This document shows, piece after piece, positions 53,607-61,866 of a DNA stretch of 64,000 nucleotides. How positions within the stretch are numbered: position 1 is the first letter of the stretch; every line of letters begins with the position of its first letter. Location of the stretch: positions 100,578-164,577 of the forward strand of contig RHPI01002699.1 of assembly GCA_009103225.1 (NCBI GenBank), written 5' to 3'. The DNA is from Chlorokybus atmophyticus (Eukaryota > Plantae > Mesostigma and Chlorokybus algae). A program made the translations under genes and the position numbers. The notes beneath the pieces are model-generated. The model worked only from the letters and a program-made list of their open reading frames with translations, ran no database searches and was not told where the DNA came from.

Positions 53607-54117
53607 ACAAAGGGCCAAGCAGCTCCCAAGCGCCATCCAAGGCAAAAGCCAGCAGACCCTGGCGTGCATGAAAGCCGGCCCTCTGCCTCCATAACAACAG
53701 AGATCAACCATAGTCCCCATCACATGCGCGACCATGCTCAGAGCACACAGCATGATTGGTGAAAACCTCCGCCCAAAGCTCAGCCCAAAACCGTACGCAC
53801 ACCGCCACCAACACAGTCGCCGGCAAGGAGGAGGATTTGGGAAAAGATGGTGTGAGAGCTTAGAGGAACAAGCCGTTAAGTTGATGCAGTAGGAAATGGT
53901 GATGATGAATGGACCAACTCATAATGTAAACTGGCATAATTATCTACATACAACCACAACTCAACTATGTTGAGCCAGTGAGCTACAATCAAACTAACAA
54001 CAAAGCCATCGTACTGGTGCTGCTGGTCTGGTCGTCTAGGCCACTGGCAGCAGGTGCGGCGTTGCTGTCGCTATAGCGCTGGTCATGGTCCGCCCTTGCC
54101 ACTCCACCTGCTATCCG

Positions 54118-54335
54118 CCCACGCCACGCCGCCTCACCACCGCCGTCGCCGCCGCCGCTGCCAGCCATGTGGGCAACGCGTAGCGACCAAGGCATTTTGA
54201 TCCACCGTTGGCGGTGAATCACATCGCGGCGGACGGTGAACTACTACTGCTTTAGTTCACTGCCGACGGTAGTTCACTGTACTAAGGTCGCGTCCTCACG
54301 GTTGAGGACGCGCTGAGAGGATGCGGGAGTTTGAG
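54118..54335 (-). repeat. Right terminal inverted repeat of the MULE
   Basis: Reverse complement of the left TIR with scattered substitutions and small indels. Confidence 0.9.
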
Positions 54336-54397
54336 CATTGGTGCTGAAGCCTATCAGTGCTGTAGCGAACTGCGCCGCAACCCTGGTGCGACCCATC

Positions 54398-55664
54398 ATG
54401 TTTGTCCCGGCGGCGGCAGGGCCGGCGAGGTCTTCTTCGGAACCGTTAGGCCTAAAGGCCAGCATCATGCTAATCATCTTGGGTTGGGTGGGTATGTTGG
54501 TATGGTTGGTGTGGCTGATTTGGGGCAGGGAAGACACCTACGGTATGACTAGCCGCTGCGTCGTCACCCTGGACAACACCACCACCACCACCGCCACCGT
54601 CGTCGCCAGCCTCGCCACCGTCACCGCCGCCTTCGGACCGCCGCTGGCCCAGGGCGGCGTCCGTGGCGTGCTGTACCAGCTCACGCCAGCAGACGGCTGT
54701 AGCCCTGTCGCTCATGCCGACAAGGACGGCGATGCCTGGATCGCCCTCGTTGAGAAGGGCAACTGCGGCTTCCACGACAAGGTGTTCAATGCACAGCTCG
54801 CCGGCGCTGCCGCCGCCGTCGTCTACGACAATGAGGACGCCGAATCGCTTGTGCTCAGTAAGGGTTTCGCTCTAGTAACTGATGTTGCTTGCATGGTTGT
54901 CGTTGCTTTGGTTGTGTGTATGGCATGTCCTTTTTGTGCACATACAGTCTCTGCAACGTTTGCTGAGTTTGACTGAGGCCACACGTGCCAGTCTTCCACA
55001 TCAAAAAACATAGATGTGATTATGCAGGCATGTGGTTGCAATTCATAAGACAATGCAGGTTCTTGCTGCATGACTTATGCGATGATGTTGTGTTATTGCA
55101 CGCATGCATTGTTAACATGGTTGTGTGGACACGCGTCATGGCTTTCTAATTGGCACACAAAAATTTGCTTAAACCAATGCGCTTTTTGCCCTTGCAGTGA
55201 CCGCAAAAGATGCGAGTGATATCCACATGTCATCCGTGTTCACAAGCAAGCAGGACGGGCAGCTTCTGCATTTTATCACTGCGAGCCAACAACAAGGAGA
55301 GCGTGTGATGGCGGTGCTCGAGCCCGACATAGATTACGTGGTCCCGGATCGCATCCTAACTTGGATACTGACTCCCATATTTGTTTTTGGCTTCATTTTT
55401 TTCACAGCAATGGGCGCTGTGGGAATTCGTGAGGACCGTCTTCGTCGCATTCCAGTGAACACGCCAGCGGACGAGAAGGATGTGGAGGATGTTGTTGTTG
55501 TCAACTGCGAAGCAGCTGCTCCCCCTCTTGCATCGGCTGTGACAAGTGATGGCCATAGCAAGCTTGAACAGGGACAGAGGGCAATGAAGTTGGATACAGC
55601 GCCCTTGCTGCAAGATTGTGAGTGCCAACAAAAGGGCGACACCCCACCATTGTACCGTCCTTAG
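54398..55664 (+). CDS. PA-domain membrane protein, copy 3 (exons 54398-54857, 55198-55664)
   Basis: Same PA motifs and intron. The tail ends DTAPLLQD...TPPLYRP*. Confidence 0.88.
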
Positions 55665-56099
55665 TGTGCTTGGGTGGGTGGTTGCTACTGTACAGTGTAT
55701 ATGGTTGTTTGGTTTCAGAATCAGTGGGCCGGAGAGGCGGTGCATACTGCAGTAGTAGTAGAAGTGCTGTATAGTTCTGTACATCACTTGGTTGGGATTG
55801 TACATAATATGCCAGTAAAGCTGTGACACTCACAGGCGTGTTTGTCATAATATTGAGTTGAAGTAGTGGTTTAGGGTTGGTGTGATTCAGCAGCGCCAGA
55901 ATGGGTTGTAGTGGCAATAATTGTGAAGCTCATCTCTGATTGGCCGCCTGCTTCACTGCGCAGATGGGAATTGGGAAATAACCCAGTGCACGTGCGGCCA
56001 ACAACAATATGCCAGCCATGCTCCAGAGCAGTAGCAAGGTGACTCGAGCAGCATCAGAAAATAAACAATTTCATCAGGTGTGTGGCGAACAGCGCACAT

Positions 56100-56543
56100 A
56101 TCTGGATAGAGCAAATCTGTGCATAGTGCCACACAACACAAATCATGATAATTACACAATCGCAGCCAATGGCCCAATGGCGCGCGCAATGAAGCCATAC
56201 TTATACAAACTCTATGGCCCAACTGGCCTGTCTCACAGCAAGTCTGGCCCAAGCAGGCCACAACATGCAGATATGTGTACACAAACCCTCTGTAGCACAA
56301 AGGAGTAAACACTCCAACGAATGGCAGCCCCCAAAAAGCAGGGAGGTTCACCTGCACTCAGCCCACATACGTGCCAGGTGGCAGCTTCGACCCATGGCTG
56401 TGTCCTTCCGACACGAGCGGTTTGGTGCTGTACTTGGCATACTGCGAGCGCGGGAGCTCCGGTATGACCACATTGCGAGTCCTGCGAGCCCACCAAGCGA
56501 GAGGAGGCTGCAGCAGCAGTCCCCTAAGCAGGGAGAGCGAGCG

Positions 56544-56613
<70 letters not shown>

Positions 56614-58710
56614 GACGGGCGGCCAGGGTGTGGTCGTGCAGAGGATGGCAAGGAGAAGAGGAGATGTGGCCACGACGGGTGGGGTAGAGAGGCTGGGATT
56701 GAGTGCGAGCAGGAGGGTGCCAAACCTGTCGTGTGTTGATGCCACAAATGAGACATGTACACACATGTGCAGGCACATGCGCACGTGTCAACTATGTGCA
56801 TGTGTGCGCGCGCATGAGAGCGTGTGTGCGCGTACACACTCATACACGTGCACCCTCGCACGCCCACACGCACGCACGCACTTCATACGCAGGTGTGTAC
56901 GTGCTGCACATGCGTGCAAGTGTGCGCGCGCATCATCTGATACACCGAACCCAACTTCCTGTGACCGTTGTAGTAAGCACACACACACACACACACACAC
57001 ACACATTTACCTGTCATTGGCATCGTCTGTTTTGGTTTCAATGCTGTCCGCTTGCGCATTGATGGACACGGTGGGTCCAGCCAGGGACAACTTGAACGAG
57101 TGATGGCACGGTTTGCGGACACTTGTTGGTGGAGCACGCTGCTGATCACACGCATCGATCGGGCGCCGGTGTTGACTCTCAACTGAAGGAGGTTGTCGTT
57201 CGCTTTGGTGCAGCGGCCTGGTGTAGCGGCCGTAAGCAAACCACGCCATGATGTCACCGGCCCTGCAGAGGGATACGAGGGAAGATTATACACGACACGA
57301 CACGACATGCACGCACAGTTGAACACATTGCACATCAACTTCCATATTTCAACCTACTACTCACACTCGCGTGCTCACTGACACAATCAACACGGACATC
57401 TAGGCCCTGCCCCACACACACGTACACGCAAGACGCACTCACACAGTCACGATCTCACGCAATGCCACTATGTCTTGTCATGTTGGGCTCGCATGCAAGG
57501 GGTAGAGCATCACGCTTGCAGCGCGACGCATGCACAGGCGGTCACCAATCGATGATGAGTGGTCTGCGTGCGCAGGTCTCGCGCAGGAACGGGCCGGCCG
57601 GGCGTTTTGAGGAGCAGCAGCAAGACCCACATGAGGGAAGGTGATCACGGACATCATGAGCAGAGCCAGAAAGAAGGCGGCGATGGTGTAGCCCCATGCA
57701 CCCGTCCACGAGTGTGTGAGAGGAGGTGTACAAAGCAACATACATACACCAACAGATGCATGTTCCCACTCGCACCAACACACCCATGCATGCACACAAA
57801 CGCATGTCCACGCACGTCCACGCACGCGCGCATAGGCGCGCGTGCGTGCCTGCTTGCACAAGTACAACACCCTGAAACCACACATACACATATGCAATAG
57901 CACGGCAAATACTAGCAGTGCTAGGTGTGATAAGTTCATACAGCAGTCATTCAAAGCTACAAGGTGTGTGACCTACCGCCCAGTAGTGCTCATCGCTGTA
58001 GTCGAAACCCCCCGCGGTACTCCCGCAGAGACTCTCAGGGACACATGAACATGTACGACACCGACAACACACACTTACAATTCCACACTCTAGCATGATT
58101 AGTGCAAAGCCACACACAGTGTACCTGCGTGTGATGGGGAAGAAGGATTGATTTGGCAGCTGGGCGAGATGAGAGGTCGTTGTGTGTGGTTGAGTGTGGC
58201 TTGCATACCATAACAATATGACCCCTCCAACAGTCATCTGGCTGGTTGGAATCAACCGACATAAACTTGACAAACAGTACACGCACACCCACGCATATGT
58301 GTGTGTGTATGTACAGAATAGTGTGTGCACATGTGCTCGCAGATGTGTGTGCGTGTAGGCAAGCGCATGTGAGCGTGCGTGCGCACGCGTGCAGCACAAG
58401 CCAGCACCAGACATGCATAGACAGCATGTTGGTAGCTGGCAACTACTACTACAAAGCGCATGATATAAGTAGGGTGAAGCAACACTTACAAACTCACATA
58501 CCTGCAATGCAACGGAGCCGCTCTGGCCGGCATCCACAATGGTGCGAACACTCGACTCCTTGCTGCAACCCACAAAACATCATTTAGTTGGAAACAAGCA
58601 CATCTTACGTCCTACAAACTCAGACCGATGAGAACCATATTGTTGTTCTTTTCTTGCCGACCGGTTGCCAAGCACGCGCTGATTACAGCAATTCTTGTCC
58701 GCACAACAAC
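56100..58710 (-). pseudogene. Unknown minus-strand multi-exon gene, unit 3 (disrupted)
   Basis: Colinear paralog of 45600-48869 (GCSKEESSVRTIVDAGQSGSVALQ; AWGYTIAAFFLALLMMSVITF; AGDIMAWFAYGRY...LRVNTGA) with frameshifts and an internal deletion near 56500. Confidence 0.45.
56547..56610. repeat. (GA)n microsatellite
   Basis: Uninterrupted GA dinucleotide run of about 64 bp. Confidence 0.95.
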
Positions 58711-58960
58711 TGCCCCATGCGCATGTACTAACTTGTAGCCAACATTCCAACAATGCGGAGGTGACGAGCATGATGTGTGATGGCTGCAACAAACCTTGTG
58801 CAAAGTAAACCAACAGCCCATCGTGTGAGCAGAGCCTAGATGGTGAGGATGAAGATGGTATCCTCCAAGTTGCTATTTGCAAGAAGAGTGTGTTGAAAGT
58901 CGTCAATACAGCGATCGTAACATCGTGTGCAACTTGAATACACCCAAAGAAGTACTTGCA

Positions 58961-59087
58961 TGGTCATGACAAGGTGGCCACTGTTTTGTATGTATTGGCC
59001 AAGCGGACGGTCACATGTGCAAGTAGATTGGACGGATGCTCCTTGGGGTGTAGGGTGGGATGCGAATGGCTTGCGGAGGCATGTTGC
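58961..59087 (+). pseudogene. Duplicated fragment of murF (end of intron 1 plus exon 2)
   Basis: GATTGGACGGATGCTCCTTGGGGTGTAGGGTGGGATGCGAATGGCTTGCGGAGGCA (DWTDAPWGVGWDANGL) matches murF 35498-35563 ([16 protein letters not shown]). The upstream intron sequence also aligns. Confidence 0.75.
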
Positions 59088-61049
59088 TAAATGTTTGTTT
59101 ACTCACAGGCAGATGTTATGGTGGTATCAGAGGTTGGATTGCATGCAATGGTTGTTCATGCCCCATGCGGCTGCTCATCAGCACATGCTACATGCTTATT
59201 AGTTAGTGTGACTTAATATGTACAGTACTTAACAGACTGTCGAATAACAGTACGTACGTGTGCATGTAAATAAGCATTGCGGCTTATACATATATAGATA
59301 TGTATATGTACATGGTCACCATGGCAACGATTGCCACCACCGTGTATACATATGCATGGCTTGATTTGTTGGTATGCAGCGCTGCGCATGCATGCATGCA
59401 CCTGTGATGTGGGTGTGACACGACATTTTGCATTGCTGTATGTGCATATTACTGCATACACATTCCAACAGTGAAACAAACACGTGCACACAATACTGCG
59501 CCCGTTGTTTTGAGCGCTACGCTTTGCTTGTTCTTGTGTGCGGGTAGATAATCATGGTCGATGATCACATGGTATGGTTAAAGCCAACATGACCAAAGTT
59601 TATGGCATGAGAGCTGAGGTGAAATGCATTAGTAACATGTGACGTGCGGCGCTGCCATCACACAGTGTTGTATCTTTAGCGCAAGTAGGTGTAGTGATTC
59701 CCACTATGCACCCATGGCTTGCTGCAAGCCCTGACCGTGTAGTGTTCGGCAATGATAGCGTTGGGTTAATGAAAGTAAAATGCACAACAACATTGGCTGG
59801 ACCATTATGGGAGAGAACGCTGCTAGCGTATGTATACGACCTGGTTATAGGCCAACTGGCATTAATGGGACTGGCATGGTGTGATGTGCTGCTTTGGTCG
59901 CCGCAGTGATATGCGATTATGCGCGTGCACTTTGGCAGACGAGAGGCTTCATACTAGCGATATGGTTTGTTGCCCACGCTACGCCATTGTTACTTCTCTC
60001 TTCACCTCGCGGCTTACGACAGCACCTGCCAATGCGACAGCTCATAATCAAACATGTGAAGGCCCAGAGTATAGCGTTTTCAAGCGATGCAAGAGGCAGG
60101 GCGCCTTCATGATAATGCACGTTCTTGTTGCCGTATGCAACGCATGAAGAAGGACAATGCAAGTGCTGACAGTTGCAATGTTTGCACTAACAGGCACACT
60201 ACCCAGCTTGGATGAAGCGTACCGCGTAGCTCTAAGCAAGGGAGAATCGTTTAAAGCATCCTTCCGTCACTAAGTACATGGTTGCATGGGACCATGTTAA
60301 CCTGGCCAAGCGTCAACAAGCTAGCTATCGTTAAGTTCAAGCCCTGCATCCTGCCTTCTACGGTATAACTTGGAATGCTAAACAATGTGCAGCCGTTAAT
60401 GATGGGATGCTTTGTCGGCAGGTCCATTGCAGCGGCCGACACCGCCTGGGCAATTAGTCTTAGTGATTTGCGGTGCATACTACGGAATCGCAGGTGTTGT
60501 GAAGTCCATCACCGGAGAGCAGTGCATGCTGATCAACGCCACTGCCCCCCACAAGCGCATCGGTGTACCTAAACACAGTTTGCACTTAATCACGTCTGAT
60601 TTGCAAGGTGCGCAATACGCACGAGCGTGCACATGCACTGATACGCATTGTCATCTGGTTGCGTATGCCATCAAATGCATGCATCTACAGGTTCTCCACA
60701 ACAAGCATGGCGCCTGTCATGCGAGGATGTACCTGCTTGGTTGCGCACCTACCAATGGGAAAACCACATGGACCTGGTGGTGACGCGCACTTGCAATGTG
60801 CAACAGGATCAACACACCACCGATGACATGACAAGCGCCCCTGCAGCCAAGGCACCCAGAGGAGTGAAGCAGCGCTTGCTGCAAATTACAACATTAACGT
60901 GTGCGCGATGTGGCGTGGAGAAGTCCTCATTGCAACCTAGCATCAAGCAGCCGAAAGCTACAAGGAAATGCGGGTGCAGGTTTGGTATGACAATTTGCAT
61001 ATACAAAGATGCACCTCACGAGGCGATAATTCGCATCAACCACCAGCAC

Positions 61050-61740
61050 TGTCACAGCCCACTCGACCACAAAAGACTTGGTGCTTTTATGGTCGATTCG
61101 TGGTAATCAAGTGTACCTTCCCGTTACATTGCCCCCCACTTAAGAACGCTGACGTCCTCGGCAGTTGCCCATTCAGCTGGGGAACTATCCCAGGGGTTTA
61201 TTAGGGTCGGTCACCGGCCCCACAGCCAAGGACCGGCCAAATTAGGCCCATACCGGTCAACGCGCGCATAGCGCACCGCTGCCGGCCCCACAGGTCGCAT
61301 CGCGACAGGCAGGTAGCGTCCTGCCGCGCCGATTGAACGTCGGCCCGACTGCCATTAGGCAAGTCGCGATACATCAATGATGGATCACCGGCCCCACAGC
61401 CAAGGACCGGCCAGATTAGGCCCATACCGGTCAACGCGCGCATAGCGCACCGCTGCCGGCCCCACAGGTCGCATCGCGACAGGCAGGTAGCGTCCTGCCG
61501 CGCCGATTGAAACGTCGGCCCGACTGCCATTAGGCAAGTCGCGATACATCAATGATGGCACTTATAAAGTGACCATTTAAGATGTTAATGGATCAAGAAA
61601 CAACGACCACGATTCGTGTGCAAGGCAGGAATCGAACTCGGGTCTCAAGCTCCGATGACCAATGTCACAGCCCACTCGACCACAAAAGACTTGGCACTTT
61701 TAGTTCGATTTGTGGTAAGTGAATGTATCTTCCGGTTACA
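61050..61740 (-). mobile_element. Miniature non-autonomous LTR retroelement (TRIM-like), 691 bp
   Basis: TG...CA direct repeats at 61050-61128 and 61663-61740. The 5 bp TSD AGCAC (61045-61049, 61741-61745) occurs once at the empty site 51035-51039. The minus strand shows a PBS TGGTCATCGGAGC (61649-61661) and a PPT TTAAGTGGGGGGCAA (61129-61143). No coding capacity. Confidence 0.92.
61211..61558. repeat. Two near-identical tandem ~174 bp GC-rich units inside the TRIM
   Basis: The unit TCACCGGCCCCACAGCCAAGG...GCGATACATCAATGATGG starts at 61211 and again at 61385. The copies differ by about one substitution and one indel. Confidence 0.92.
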
Positions 61741-61866
61741 AGCACACCAAACACGAGCCAGGTTGGTATCACTAACCATAGCCAAGGCACAACATGGCGT
61801 GTTCACTTCATTGTGTGTGTAGGCTCCTTGGAAGATCGCAAGCTATTATGGCCAGATCCGGAGCTC

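Larger units (their letters stand above)
48870..54335 (+). mobile_element. Mutator-like (MULE/MuDR) DNA transposon with long TIRs carrying a YqaJ exonuclease gene and a MULE-SWIM transposase gene (decayed)
   Basis: ~230 bp imperfect inverted repeats at 48870-49103 and 54118-54335 enclose two same-strand intron-containing genes. No TSD was found. Confidence 0.88.
59641..61866 (+). mobile_element. Second, internally truncated copy of the YqaJ-MULE element (no TIRs)
   Basis: Colinear with 49631-51159. The YqaJ part has a premature TGA. It is interrupted at 61050-61740 and cut at 61866 by gypsy sequence. Confidence 0.9.

Noticed and set aside
53066-53707. 213 aa minus-strand ORF inside the MULE
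   Set aside because: It is antisense to the transposase C-terminus and has no recognisable domain.
48850-54360. 8-10 bp TSD for the MULE
   Set aside because: The flanks tested (CATTTTGGCAC vs CATTGGTGCTG) do not form a convincing direct repeat.
59122-59132. TGGTATCAGAG, a match to the canonical iMet PBS
   Set aside because: It is not preceded by an LTR-ending CA and not followed by gag. A single 11-mer can arise by chance.
61211-61558. Tandem repeat as a possible CRISPR-like array
   Set aside because: There are only two long contiguous units with no unique spacers and no cas genes, in a eukaryotic context. It lies inside an LTR element.
61600-61662. GTTCGATTCC T-loop motif as a tRNA gene
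   Set aside because: No cloverleaf, D-arm or anticodon arm can be built. It is reported only as a B-box-like motif near the PBS.
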